NCBI GenBank assembly: GCA_964016885.1
Contig: OZ024742.1
Location: forward strand, 71,858,001-71,922,000
From: Eledone cirrhosa
Taxonomy: Eukaryota
Reading direction: 5' to 3'
DNA length: 64,000 nucleotides
The notes below the pieces were generated by a model. It was not told the origin of the DNA. It saw only the letters and a program-made list of their open reading frames with translations, and did no database searches. This document shows, in pieces, positions 36,761-50,539 of this stretch. The number at the start of each line of letters is the position of its first letter. The stretch's first letter is position 1. The position numbers and the translations under genes are program-made.

Positions 36761-37723
36761 TTTGGATAACCAGACAGTTGCAGTTGACTGCCAAGTTAAA
36801 GCATTGAATAAGCATTTATTTAGGGCTCCTTTTATTGCCTCCTCTCTGTGTAGGGAAAGCAATGCTATGTCTAAAAAGACCTGCTTTGTCACCATCATAG
36901 GACACGACCAGTACAAATTACTCATATTTTGTGTGTGTGTATATATATACATCATCGATTAACATCTATCTTCCATGCTAGCATGGGTTAGACGGGTCCC
37001 ATTTAGAGGCAAGTTGGGTCGGGTAACCATGTCTCGCTCATATAGGTGTGTGTATATATATATACATATATATATACACACACACATATTTTTTCCCTAT
37101 GCCATCAAAATCAACGTGTTATCATGACACCACAAAGAAGTGGATGAATTTAGTAGTAGTAGTTAGTATCATCATCATCATCATTTAACGTCCATCTTCC
37201 AAGCTAGCATGGGTTGGACTATCCTTCTTCCAAATACACAAAGTTAAAACTGCAGAAATAAATATGGAAACAGAATTTTAAAATTATTTATTGTAATTTT
37301 AATTTAGACACAAACGTACATCAGTTTACCAGTCAAATGTTTATAACATCAAAATAGTGACAAATGTCTGTGTAACCAGACTGAGTAATAAAGTTCATCC
37401 AAAGTAAATCAGTAGAGAATTGAATGGTAAATTATTACAAAACTTCATTTTTTATTTACACTCAACTATCTACAAGATAAATGGTAACATTGACACATGT
37501 AAATCTCCATTCAGTTCCATTACCATGTTGTGGAACATTCTTGTAATGAAAGTCAAAGAAAATCTCCAGCTGTTGTTTTTCTGAGATAAAACAAAAAAAA
37601 GATATTTTAGTACGAAGACAGCTTTTATCAATTTTCTATCCTATTCTGGAAATTCTCATTTTATCAGCTGTCTCACAGGAATTCCGTTGTGGCTTCATGA
37701 AGTAATAATTTGGACAAATTCTT

Positions 37724-40465
37724 CTAATTCTCTTCTTTTATTGGTTCAATTTTATGAACCTTTCTTTTATGATTAGTGAAACATTTTTTATCAATGTAAG
37801 TTTTACCACAGACATCACAATGATATGGTTTTTCACCTGTGTGAACAGGTTTGTGACGATTTAAGTTCTGTTTGTCAGCATATGATTTACCACAAACATC
37901 ACAACTATATGGTCTCTCACCTGTGTGACCACGTATATGAATTGTTAAATGACCTCTCTGTGAGAATGTTTTACCACAGACATCACAGTGGTGTGGGTTT
38001 TCACCAGTGTGGATACGTATATGTTGAGTTAAATGCCCATTCTGAGAGAATGTTTTACCACAGATGTCACAGTGGTATGGTTTCTCCCCAGTGTGTGTGC
38101 GTAAATGTGGAGTTAAATGACTACTACTAGAAAATGACTTACCACAGATATCACAATTGTATGGATTCTCTCCTGTGTGCTGCCGTTTGTGTATAGTCAA
38201 TCCACTATTACCAGAGAATGACTTACCACAGATATCACAGTGATATGGTTTCTCACCTGCATGAATCCGTTTGTGTTTCTTTAATGAACCATTTTCAGAG
38301 AATGATTTACCACAGATATCACAGTGGTATGGTTTCTCTCCTGTGTGCAGCCGTTTATGTATAGTCAATGAAGTATTTCGAAAGAATGAGACACCACAGA
38401 TATCACAGTGATATGGCTTCTCACCTGTGTGAATCCGTTTGTGTTTCTTCAATGAACCATTCTCAGTGAATGATTTACCACAGATATCACAGTGGTATGG
38501 TTTCTCACCAGTGTGTACCCGCTTGTGCATAATTAATCTACTATTCAAAGAGAATGACTTACCACAGATATCACAGTGGCATGGTTTCTCTCCTGTGTGC
38601 ACCCGTTTGTGTACAGTTAATCCACTATTGCTAGAGAATGATTTATCACAGATATCACAACAGTATGGTCTTCTTGTGTGAACACGTTTGTGTCTATTTA
38701 ATGTACGGCTATTAGAAAATGCTTTACTACAGATAAGACATTGGTATGTTTTCTTATCCATGTGCATGCACATGTGTTTTGTTAATCTACTAATCTGAGA
38801 GAATTTTTTACCACATATGTCACAGAGGTATGAATTCTCACCAGTGTGCGCACATTTATGTTTATTTAAATTACTACTGGCAGAGAATGACTTATCACAG
38901 ATGTTACAATGGTATGGTTTCTCTCCTGTATGAATCCTTTTGTGCATAGTTAATCCAGTGCCATCAGAAAATGGTTTCCCACAGATTTCACAATGGTATG
39001 GTTTCTCCCCTGTGTGAACACGTTTGTGTCTAGTTAAATCGCCATTGGCAGGGAATGACTTCCCACAGATCTCACAGTGGTATGGTTTCTCACCTTTGTG
39101 TCTACGTATGTGTACAGTTAATCCACTACGGGTAGCAAATGTTTTATCACAGATTTCACAGTGGTGTGGTTTGTCACCTGTATGAACTCGTTTGTGTTTA
39201 GTTAAATCCTCTGTGGCAGGGAATGACTTCCCACAAAGATCACACGGGTATGGTTTCTCCCCTCTGTGATTATGTATATGTCTGGTTAAAAGACGACGGA
39301 CAGAGAATGACTTCCCACAGATATCACAGTGGTATGGTTTCTCACCTGTGTGAACAAGTTGGTGTCTAACTAAATCACCATTGACAGAGAATGACTTCCC
39401 ACAGACTTCACAGTGGTATGGATACTCACCAGTGTGCAACCGTCTGTGTCTAGCTAATCCACTATTGGTAGAAAATGTTTGACCACAAATTTCACAGTTG
39501 TATGGTTTCTCACCTGTGTGAACACGTTTGTGTCTAGTTAACTCTCCGTTGGCAGCGAATGACTTCCCACAGACTTCACAGTGGAATGGTTTCTCCCCTC
39601 TGTGTCTACGCATGTGTATAGTAAATTGTGTACTGACAAAAAATGTTTTACCACAGATTTCACAGTGGTATGGATTGTTACTTGTGTGAAAAATTTTGTG
39701 TCGAGTTAATCCACTATGGGTAGAAAATATTTTACTACAAATTTGACAGCGGTACATATTGTCACTTGCATGGCCTAATTTGTGTCTAGCTAAAGCACAA
39801 CTGGCAGCAAATGATTTCCCACAAACATCACAATGGTATGGTCTCTCACCTGTGTGACTACGTACATGTATAGTTAATCGAATACGCCTAGAGAATGATT
39901 TTCCACAGATATCACAGTGGTGTGGATTCTCACCTGTGTGTATAGGTATATGTTTACTTAATCCATTAGGGGAACTGAATGTTTTTCCACAGATCTTACA
40001 TTGGTATGGCTTTTCACCTGTGTGAATTCGTTTGTGAATGATCAAACTCGGTCGTAGAGAGAATGCTTTGCCACAGATATCACACTGATATGGTTTCTCA
40101 CCTGTGTGTGTACGTATATGTTCCTTAAAATGACCATTCTGAGAGAATCTTCTACCACAGATATCACAGTGGAATGGTTTTTCACCTCTGTGCAAACGTT
40201 TGTGTTTATTTAATCCACTACTGTCAAAGAATTTTTTCCCACAGCTATCACACTGATGTGGTTTTTCACCAGTGTGTGTACGTATGTGTGTAGTTAATGC
40301 CTTACTTTTAGAAAATGATTTTCCACAAATGTTACAGTGGTGTGGTTTCTCATCATTATGTAAGCTGATGTGTGTTTTTAATCCAATACTTTCAGTGAAT
40401 GTTTTCCCACAGACATCACAATGGTATGGTTTCTCATCAGTGTGAGTATGTTTATAATCTGTCAT
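37724..40465 (-). CDS. Poly-C2H2 zinc-finger protein (paralog B), 32 fingers
   Basis: Uninterrupted ORF (open from GTG at 40525, first [11 protein letters not shown] at 40465) with 32 tandem fingers. Ends [10 protein letters not shown]. Confidence 0.93.
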   Translation of the reverse strand: MTDYKHTHTDEKPYHCDVCGKTFTESIGLKTHISLHNDEKPHHCNICGKSFSKSKALTTHIRTHTGEKPHQCDSCGKKFFDSSGLNKHKRLHRGEKPFHCDICGRRFSQNGHFKEHIRTHTGEKPYQCDICGKAFSLRPSLIIHKRIHTGEKPYQCKICGKTFSSPNGLSKHIPIHTGENPHHCDICGKSFSRRIRLTIHVRSHTGERPYHCDVCGKSFAASCALARHKLGHASDNMYRCQICSKIFSTHSGLTRHKIFHTSNNPYHCEICGKTFFVSTQFTIHMRRHRGEKPFHCEVCGKSFAANGELTRHKRVHTGEKPYNCEICGQTFSTNSGLARHRRLHTGEYPYHCEVCGKSFSVNGDLVRHQLVHTGEKPYHCDICGKSFSVRRLLTRHIHNHRGEKPYPCDLCGKSFPATEDLTKHKRVHTGDKPHHCEICDKTFATRSGLTVHIRRHKGEKPYHCEICGKSFPANGDLTRHKRVHTGEKPYHCEICGKPFSDGTGLTMHKRIHTGEKPYHCNICDKSFSASSNLNKHKCAHTGENSYLCDICGKKFSQISRLTKHMCMHMDKKTYQCLICSKAFSNSRTLNRHKRVHTRRPYCCDICDKSFSSNSGLTVHKRVHTGEKPCHCDICGKSFSLNSRLIMHKRVHTGEKPYHCDICGKSFTENGSLKKHKRIHTGEKPYHCDICGVSFFRNTSLTIHKRLHTGEKPYHCDICGKSFSENGSLKKHKRIHAGEKPYHCDICGKSFSGNSGLTIHKRQHTGENPYNCDICGKSFSSSSHLTPHLRTHTGEKPYHCDICGKTFSQNGHLTQHIRIHTGENPHHCDVCGKTFSQRGHLTIHIRGHTGERPYSCDVCGKSYADKQNLNRHKPVHTGEKPYHCDVCGKTYIDKKCFTNHKRKVHKIEPIKEEN

Positions 40466-42689
40466 GCTTTCTCCTTCACAATATCTCTTCACACTAATAT
40501 TACAGAGGTATAATCTTTCTATCACCTCAATTTAAATTTCACACCAACTTAATCAAGGTTATAGAGAACAGTTACTTGTGTTCTTGATCATGTCAGTCTT
40601 CTGGTTTCAATATCTGACAAATTTTTTGATATATCTTGAATCAACCATCAAAATGTCACCATAAACCCTGAAATAAGGAAATATAAGGTAGAAAGGGCAA
40701 TGTACAGTTAACATAAAGGTTATTAGAGTGAAGTGACTTGAGTAGAGACATTGAATGTTAGATGAAGAAAGCTATGAAAATATGTACAGAAGAAAGACAC
40801 AACAGTATGGCTATATAGTGTAAATAGATGATATGTGTGGATGATAGACTTTAAAAAGGAGAAATGAAATACTTTAATGGAGAAAGAATACAGAGATGGC
40901 AGAAATATACTGACACTGTTATCTTATACATCATGATTTTGATGTAGTGGTGGTAGTGTTGGTATGTGGGTGCATTGACGCTGGTGGTAGAAGTGTGCTG
41001 ATAGTATTGATAATGGTGTGGTGGTGTGTTAGTGGTGAAGGTGTGGTGGTGTGTTAGTGGTGAAAGTGTGATGGTTGTGGTGTTATGTTGGTGTTTTATT
41101 GTCTTTACATATTAATGGGGCTTATGACAAAAACAGTTAAATATAAACATATTCTGCAAACTACCAGTAATGGTTGCTAAAATATATAAACAATAAATAG
41201 ATTTTTATTTAATTATTTTTATTAGTTCTCTCCAGGAAGCAAAATGATGATGATAATAATGACATGTCTAATCAGAGATATTAAACAAAAGAACTACAGA
41301 CAACGATAGTGAGCTCAGATAATTAGTTTAAAGTAAATATAAAAAAAGCTTGTTAAGCATAGGATAAAACTATATATATACATATATTATATAGAAATGA
41401 CTTAGACTAGAATTGTTTCATTTGTAGGATATAATTAGGACATTCTTGATAATTTCATATGAATGAAACACTTCTAGTAGATGTCATTTTAATATAAAAT
41501 AGATGCTTTTTCTCTACCAACGTAGTGAGTACCTTATTTAATTGGAGTTTTTTTTTTTATCCTTCTCTGAAAAATATCCTTGAAAAAACTTGTTGAACAG
41601 AAGGCGAAACTATTTGGTATCGCTATCAGTATAAAATGTTTCTCTTTCTCATATATATATATATGAGTCCCACGTTCAATCAGGGGTAACCACAGTTAGT
41701 AAGGTACTCAATACATTAGTAGAGTGTAGACATCATGTTTAATATAAAAATGGCTTCTACAGAACTAGAACTGTTTCATTCAAAAGAAACCATTTGATAA
41801 TTTCTTTTGAATGAAACAGTTCTAGTCCTGTATATATATTAATAATATACATGAACGGCAAAGTGTAAATAAACAGAGAGAGAAATTGGGCACAAGAAGG
41901 ATCAGATGCAATGTGGAAGAGAGGAGATTGTATTGGTTTGACCATGTAATGTGTATGAGGGATGACAGGTGCAGGCTGATCAAAGTTGATGGAAGTTATG
42001 GAGTAAGCAGACCTAGGAAGGAGTGATAAAAGCTGACATTATACAATTGCACCTCTCAAAGGCGTTATGCAATAATACAGAAAACCCACCTTCCCATGCG
42101 CAGATTGAAGCATACACCTAGTATGCCACACTTAACCACTATCCTCCCTCCTCCTTTCATACACTCCACTCACATCCTGATCACACAATCATTCTCCCAT
42201 ATCCCAGTCCAAACTGCAAAGTGGTCGGTTTGGTGCCATGACAAAATGCACTCAACCCATACTATAAAGTGGTCTTGTTGGTATCACAACAAAAAGTATC
42301 CAGCACACACTGTAAATGTGGTTGGCGTTAGGAAGAGCATCCAGTCGTAGAAAGCAAGCCAGAAACAGTTCTGAATGAGCAAGACTCGGTCACCTGATAT
42401 GCCACAAATGGGACAACCCATCTAACCCATGTCAGTGTGGAAAATAGATGTTAAACGATGATGGTGATGATATCATCATCATCATTTCATTTCATTTTAT
42501 GTCCTCTTTTTCCCTGCTTGCAAGGGTGAGACAGGAACTGATTCTGGCTTGATTTCTACAGCTGGATGCCCTTCCTAACACCAACCTCATTTTACAGTGA
42601 GTGCTGGGTGCTTTTTTGCCATGGCACCTCCACGACCACTTTGCAATGGAATGATAGGGACCCCAGTCCCTATCATCTCATTTCTACAG

Positions 42690-42803
42690 CTGATTAAACT
42701 GGAGCAATGTGAAATAAAGTGTCTTGCTCAAGAATAAACACATCATCCGGTCTGAGAATTGAACTCACAACCTTTTGATTGCAAGGCCAATGCTCTAACC
42801 ACT
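42690..42803 (-). mobile_element. tRNA-derived SINE family 3
   Basis: Minus strand AGTGGTTAGAGCA (A box)..GAGTTCAATTC (B box)..CTTGAGCAAGACAC. Other pieces at ~44500-44615 and 45605-45640. Confidence 0.7.
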
Positions 42804-43214
42804 ATATATATATATCTATCTATACATATATAAATCTGTATTCCCACCTTAACACTTCCCCCTTCCATACATTTCCCATGCCCTAACACCCCACCTTTCA
42901 CTCACGCCCTTAGATCCCTGTCCCAGCCCTCAAACCACATTGTAAAGTGGTTGTTTTGGTGCCACAACAAAAAGCGCTCAGTCCACACTGTAAAGTGGTC
43001 ATGTTGTTGACATGATAAAAAGTGCCCCGTCCACACTGTAAGGTGGTTGGCATTAAGAAGGGCATCCAGCCATAGAAACCAAACTAGAAACAGTTTTGTA
43101 TGAGCAAGACATGGTAACCTGATCTGAGTTGTCTCAAATGAGACAACTCGTCTAACTCATGCTAGCGTGGAAAATGGACGTTAAACAGTGATGATGAATA
43201 TATTTATTCCACTT

Positions 43215-44180
43215 ACGCCCCTCCCTTCATTCAAACGCACTTGTAATCTTCAGAACTTCCTCATCCACAGCACCCTTCCTCCCCCAATTCATATCCTGGA
43301 TCCCACCCGTTTCTGTCACTGCTGCCATACATGCAGCTTTATCTTCAACACCACCACCACCCTTTTCCGTCCCAAATGGCTGGTCCTTCCCAGGTTAGGG
43401 ACTCCTTCAGTTGCACCTCCACCAGCCTTGTCTATGTGCTCCATTGTATTCTGTGTGGAGCCATCTACTTTGGTCAAAGTGGTCAACAGATTTGCTGAAC
43501 ACCTTCAGGACATCAGGGTCGGCAACACGATTCCAATCTTTTGACATTTTCAATCTGCCAACCACTCCACATGCCACTTCAGTCTTCGAGCTCGTATATT
43601 GTGCCAGACCCTTTGACTCACGCTGGCAAAGAGAACAGCAATTAATATTTTTTTTACAAACCTTTCATCTCCCTAGCCTTAATGCCCCACCCATATACTC
43701 TCTAGCACACACTAAACATACTTCCTCTATCCTATGTCATAAACTCATTAAAACATACATACAAATCACAGATACTTTAAATGTCACAGTATAAACTTCA
43801 ACATACATACATATGGTAAAATTTAATCATACACTCACACATACAAATCCACACATCTCAGACATACTCAAACACTGCCAGATACTTTACACACACACAC
43901 AAAAGAAACTTCAACGCACATATACAATACACACTTTACACAATAAATTAAAAAAAACACGTTTAAACATACACATAATATTGACACTATTACACACACA
44001 TTTCACTTTACAGGCCAAAATCGTGACCAAGACTACCTAACAGTTTGTCTTGTTTACTCTCATTATTTTCTTTTTTTTTTTACTAGAGACTACCTTTTAT
44101 TTTCTGTATCTATCCTTAGCGAACCTGTCTCTATTTTTTGTACTCCTGAAGAAGGGCTAAAGCCTGATACGTCGAACTTT
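43215..44180 (+). mobile_element. Penelope-like GIY-YIG remnant with tail and degenerate HHR
   Basis: CHTC, CTSTSLVYVLHCILCGAIYFGQ, RFAEH, HF..ANHS. At 44143-44176 CUC CUGAAGA AGGGCU-AA-AGCCU GAUA CGUC GA. Confidence 0.7.
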
Positions 44181-44958
44181 CTTTCCTCTTTTCCATATAA
44201 AGTATGAAACCGATAAGACTTTTTTTAATCTGTTTTGTCGTTTCCTTCAACTATATGTTTGTGTGTGTGTGTACCTCAACAACCAACAATTGTTGCTGGA
44301 TTTCTGTAGGTCTGTCGGTGAGTGTACTAGTCGATTCGTTCAACGAACAATTTGCTTGTGGAATTAATGTACCAGTAGCTTAGCATTCAACCGGCTCATG
44401 AATCCTTGTCATAGTTCTCAGTGTTACAGCGTTACTCAGACTGTGACAAGGCCAACCCTTTGAACTATAGAAACAACGCACTTTTGTCAGCTGAATGGAT
44501 AAGAGCAACATGAAATAAAATGTCTTGCTCAAGAGTTAAACACTCGACAGGAAATCGAACTGAAGATTTTACGATTGAGAGGGGAATACTCTAAACCACA
44601 AAGCCACATGCCTTCACACACATATATGTATGGTATTAATCGGTAGAGGGTCGGACGCCATGCTTTGACGCATAGTAACGGCGCTTGCCATTCTGAGTTC
44701 GAGGTTAACTCTGCCTTTCATCCTTACGGCGTCGATAAAATAAAGTACCAGTAATCAACTGGGTAATTGCTGGCCTTGTGCCAAAAAGTAGAAACAATTA
44801 TTATAGAACATCCCCTTCGATTTCAGTGGGGAAAAAATTCTTTATAACGAGATTGACCTAACACATTGAGGGTGTGGCCAAACATTGGAAAAAATTTCGT
44901 TATAACGGAATTTTACCTATATATATATATGTGTGTAGCCACAATATAGCAGATACTA

Positions 44959-45588
44959 ATCGAATTGTTTGAGATGGTTACAAAGCACTCAATGTAAACA
45001 CAAAGTTAAGAAAGTGTAACACCAAGAAAAACGACCAAAAGTAGTGGTCATAGTTTATACCAAAACAACGATAAATACAAATAGGTTGAAGACTAACATG
45101 GTTCACCTCGTGTCGATTAGAATCGATAAAAATCTTTGATAGGTTTCTGGGATCGGGAAGCTACACCGCGAGTTGCATAATGCATATGTAAGTCAGGTGT
45201 GTATTTCCACGATGGAACTGGGGATCCCTCGTTCACAGATTTTGTACCGCATTATCCAACTTGGTTCGGTCTGGTGGCATCGAGGTGTTCTACTGTTGTA
45301 GAGGAGAGTCAAATTAGACCAACTGTTGGCGGGTAAAAACAAAGAGATTTTCACAACCTCAAATAACAGCTCTCAACTAGCGTTTATAAACAAAAATTAA
45401 CATGTTATCAATCGAATACATGAAGCAATGAGAATAATATTGGTTTGAATCGAATTGTTTGAGGCGGTCACAAGCACTCAATGGTGCGAAAAGTTAATAC
45501 ATTTTCGCCTAAAGTAAACACAGTTAAAAAAGTGTGACCCCCAAGCAGTGGCCATACTTATACTAAAACAACGATAAATACAAATAGG
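44959..45588. repeat. Diverged ~130-bp direct repeats 490 bp apart
   Basis: AATCGAATTGTTTGAG...AAAACAACGATAAATACAAATAGGT at 44959-45086 and 45449-45588. Confidence 0.8.
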
Positions 45589-45728
45589 TATATATATGTG
45601 CGTTATGTCCTTGAGCAAGACACTTTATTTTACGTTGCTCCTTCTACCTGGATTTGCGACCGATAGATAATATTAGCAATTGGAAAGATCAATGGAAACA
45701 TTGTTTCTTCGGTCCGATTTGACTGTTG

Positions 45729-45774
<46 letters not shown>

Positions 45775-45989
45775 ATACACGTAGAAACATGGTCAAATCA
45801 TAGCAAAAATATATGAACTCACGACAAACTAATTTGGTTGAAATGAGACTTAGCTGACAAAGAGAGAACACGGGACAATATATCACATTGGATATTTAAG
45901 TTAAATGTAACGAAGAGCTCACCATTAATATATACTGTGGGTTGTTGTTACTGTAGAAATATTAAAACATCATATCTAACTGCAGATAA

Positions 45990-46115
45990 ACTTACCGTGT
46001 CTTTCTCACTATTTAGTGAAATAATTTTAAGATGAAAGTATCAGTGAATTAACGAACACAATGAATTAATGCAAACCTAATAAGTCTGGTTAATCATTAG
46101 CCGTACTTTCGTAAA
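45990..46115 (-). promoter_or_regulatory. Putative non-coding first exon and splice donor of ZNF paralog B
   Basis: Minus-strand CACG|GTAAGT at 45990-45999; homologous to 9756-9910. Confidence 0.5.
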
Positions 46116-48391
46116 AACAACAACTGTACTTGCAGTTATCTTTCCTTGTGTTGTCTAATAATCCAGGACGTGTATATTTATACAACCGATGGGAAGAAAC
46201 CCGATGATCATACCATTTGTCTTTGTGCTAGAGATACATGCCTGACACGGGAATTTGCTGTCAACAATCTTCCGCTCTTACACTTTACATTTTGCTGTTG
46301 ATGAGAAGGTTGGTGGGACATTGCATCCATGGCCGGAACGAATAAACCCAGGAAGCACCCCGGATTTATCCACTAAACTACTTTTGTCGGTCTCTGAATT
46401 TAGAATTTCGAAGAGAGAATTCCAGCAACGAAGTTCTTGTTATTATTAACGGCTCGCTTTAATGAAGTATCAAGTGAAGCTAGTGAAAGTGCTTGGCTAC
46501 TCCAACGCATTAGACTCGCTATCACTCATATTTTAGTATAAGGGGAAACTAGTGAGGGTCCTTGGCTATTTCAGCACCTTGCTCTTCTTATCGGTCGTGG
46601 TGAATACTGTGACTGTCTGGACTTCCCTCAATTTTTTTTTCCTAAAGGGAAACACCAACATTCCCTGTTGTAATGTGCAATCGAGTGGGCATGTCTTCTC
46701 TTGTTTTCTTTATATTCTTTCCAACATATTTTTTTTTTTATTGATTTGTTCTATTTGTAAATGATAAACTTTATATAATTTAATTCAAATAAAATTTATT
46801 GGTTCAAAGCACGTAATAAATTATTGGAATTCATTATAAAAGAAAATAATTTAAATCATTTCACTGAAAATAGATTATTATTTATTAACTCATATATCTT
46901 TCTAAACAACCAGTCTCCAATTATTCAGCTATTCACTTGAACAAAAGAAATAGATATGAATAACATTACATATATACTATACATTGATAGAACAGAAGTA
47001 CTTGATTTTATTAGTCTCAACAAACTCATAAATAATGCAATCTTATGATTTTAACATATATATATATATATATATAAAGATGGATCAATTATTTATCCAA
47101 ATGAGTTTGATTTTTTAAAAGGCGGTTCCTCTCTAGTTGCTCCATGAATGGTGTCCCTTAAGGCAGTATTTTGAGCCTAGTCCTCTTAATTATTTATAAC
47201 ATCATTTTTTTAGATGAACCTCATTAAAATCATGTGGACAATTTAAAATTTTACATTTCTAGTTGTAAAAAATACAATAAATAATAATCTAAAACCTTTT
47301 AACTGTAAAAAGTTTTTAAGTATTTATTTTACTCAACACTACCTCCCATTTAAATACTTGTATTTACTCACTTTTTGAACCTATTTCAAACCTGTCATTT
47401 AACTTTGATAACCTTATCTACCTCAATATTCCACCATTATACAGTATACAGCTTAACTGAGGTCTTGCTCAAACTGTACACTTAATTACAGATTTGCAGA
47501 ATGTTATCTTTTAACAATGTCTAATGTTTTGTTTTGCTCTAATTTTCTATTAAAAATATATTTCTCATTCCAGCTTCCACATCCATTTTCATGTCACAGC
47601 TCTTTCATCAAATTTAACATTTTAAACACAATAATTTACAAGAAAGCTTCTTTCAATTAAATGAATTACCCTTCTTCCAAATATACAAAGTTAAAACTGC
47701 AGAAATAAATGTTGAAACAGCTTTTCCAGATTATTTATTGTAATCTTAATTCAAAAGCACGATAGCACATCAGTTACAAAACACCTCACACTAGAGTCAA
47801 CTGTTCATAACATCAAAATAGTGACAAATTTCTGTGTAACCAAACTGAGTAATAAAGTTAATCCAAAGTAAATCAGTGGAGAAGTGAATGGTAAATTATT
47901 ACAAAACTTCATCTTTTATTTACACTTAACTATCTACCAAATAAATGGTAACATTGACACATGTAAATCTCCATTCAGTTCCATTACCATGTGGAACATT
48001 CTGTAATGAAAGTCAAAAAAAATCTCCAGCTCATGTTCAAGATAAAACAACAATTAGAGCTTTTTGTCAATTTTCTATCCTGCTCTGGAAAATTTTATTG
48101 TATCAACTGTCTCACAGGAATTCTATAGAGGCTTCTTGAAATAATTTGTTCAATTTTTTTTACTGGTTCTATTTCTTTTATAATTAGTGAAACACTTTTT
48201 ATCAGACTATGCTCTACCAGTTATCATAATGATATGGTATCTCAAATATGTCAACATGTTTGAAACAAGCTAAATTCTGATTTCAGAGAATTACAAATTT
48301 ATTTATTCTCACTAGCATAAATATGAACGTGAAGTGTTAAATAACTTCTCGAAAAGAATGTTTTACTTCAGATATTGCAGTGAAATGAATT

Positions 48392-49348
48392 CTAGGCAGT
48401 GTGAATACGTACATGTTGAATTAATTGAAATCTCTGAGAGAATGTTTTACCACAGATGTCACAGTCATATGGATTCTGAACTGTATGCACATGTTTGTGT
48501 TTAGTTAATGTACTAGAGTCAGAGAATGATTCACCACAAATAACACAGTGGTATGCTTTCTCACCTGTGTGAATATGTTTATGAACAGTCATGGTACGTC
48601 TATCAGAGAAAGCTTTCCCACAAATATTACAGTTAAATGGTTTTTCACCAGTGTGGATATGTACATGTTCAGTTAAGTGACTTTTCCGAGAGAAAGTTTT
48701 ACCACAGGTATCACAGTAGAATGGTTTCTCACCTGTGTGCATACGCATGTGTGTAATTAATGAACTATTGTTAGGAAATGTTTTTCTACAGACATCACAG
48801 TGGTATGGTTTCTCTCCTGTGTGAATTCTTTTGTGAATAGTTAACTTATGACCTATGGAGAAGGCTTCCCCACATATATTACATTCATATGGTTTCTCAC
48901 CTGTATGGATACGTTTATGAACAGTCATAGTATGTTTTTCGAAGAATCCTTTCCCACACACATCACAATGGTATGGTTTCTCATCTGTGTGGATATGTAC
49001 ATGTTCTTTTAAATGATGTTTCAAAGAGAATGTTTTACCACAGGTATCACAGATGAATGGTTTCTCACCTGTGTGTGTTCGTATATGTGTAGTCAATCCA
49101 CCACTGGATGAAAATGATTTTCTACAAATATCACAGTGGTATGGTCTCTCACCTGTGTGTATACGTTTATGAATAGTCATGGTACGTTTTTGAGAGAATG
49201 CTGTCCCACACACATCACATTGGTATGGTTTATCACCAGTGTGGATACGTACATGTTCAGTTAAGTGACTTTTTCGTGAGAATACTTTAACACACACATC
49301 ACAATGGTATGGTTTCCTACTAGTATGAGTATGTTTGTGATCTGTCAT
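48392..49348 (-). CDS. Poly-C2H2 zinc-finger protein (paralog C), 11 fingers, C-terminally truncated
   Basis: ORF open from GTG at 49375, first ATG MTDHKHTH at 49348. Decayed finger remnants follow the stop. Confidence 0.88.
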   Translation of the reverse strand: MTDHKHTHTSRKPYHCDVCVKVFSRKSHLTEHVRIHTGDKPYQCDVCGTAFSQKRTMTIHKRIHTGERPYHCDICRKSFSSSGGLTTHIRTHTGEKPFICDTCGKTFSLKHHLKEHVHIHTDEKPYHCDVCGKGFFEKHTMTVHKRIHTGEKPYECNICGEAFSIGHKLTIHKRIHTGEKPYHCDVCRKTFPNNSSLITHMRMHTGEKPFYCDTCGKTFSRKSHLTEHVHIHTGEKPFNCNICGKAFSDRRTMTVHKHIHTGEKAYHCVICGESFSDSSTLTKHKHVHTVQNPYDCDICGKTFSQRFQLIQHVRIHTA

Positions 49349-50539
49349 GCTAACTCTATCAGAGCATGTTTTCACACATATATCACAAAGGTATAATCGT
49401 TCTACAATGTGAATTAAAATTTACTCCAAGTATAACAGTTATTTGTGATCTTTATAATGTCAGTTTTCTGGTTTTAAAAACTGACAATTTTTCGATATAT
49501 CTTGAATCAACAATTACCATTTCATTGTAACCATAAACCCTGAAATAAATAATATAAGGTAGAAAGGACAATGAACAGTTAACATAAAGGTTATTAGATA
49601 GAAGTGAATTGATTGGAGACATTGAATGTTAGATATGTACAGTGGATGTATAGTATAAATAGATGATGTGATGTGTGGATGATAGACTTTAGAAAGGAGA
49701 TAATGGGATACACTGAAGAAAAGTATGAAAATATAAACTGTGGAAAATATATGAAGATTCATAACAAACTGGTCGAAATGAGTCAGAGCTGACAAAGGCA
49801 GAACCATGTGAAACTGGTCCCTATCTGAGTTCAAACCTGGAAACTTTATTTTGTTCTCTTGCTGCACCCAAAGAAAAGTCAACGGCATATGATGTTAATA
49901 AGGATATATCATCATCATCATCATCGTTTAATGTCCATATTCCACGCTTGCATGGGTTTGGACGGGAGTTTTCCCACTTGAGGCAAGAGTGGTTGTCTTG
50001 CTCGCATAGGTCTGTCTGGCGGGTTTTCTACGGCTGGATGCCCTTCCTAACACCAACCACATTTACAGTGTGGAACTGGAAGGTTTTTACCGTGTTACCT
50101 ACGTGAATCATAAAAGGATTGAGATAGTAAAATAGGCACAGACTAAAAATAGAAAATAAAAAGAGAAAAAGAAAGGGCTAGGCAGCATCAGGAATACTAC
50201 TTCGGATCTAACAAAGTATTTGTATGTTACAGCATCGCTGGATAAAGACACTGCCACGTGTGTTAAACATCATAATCAGACCACCAGCTACTCACAAATA
50301 TGAAACTATAAAAAATAGACTCATAGAACCATTCCAGCTTAGCGATTGGGATTAATGGACAGAATGCTAGCACTGGAGTCCAAGAGCGAGTAACCTGGTG
50401 TTTTATTTATGGAAATATTCCTCCATAAACTGTCCCCCAACTCCAGTCTCTCATAACTCAGACTGAGATCTTAAACTCATGGGAGTTAGCAAGAATGGCT
50501 GACAAACATTTTCTATCAATAGGGGTTATGATCAATACC

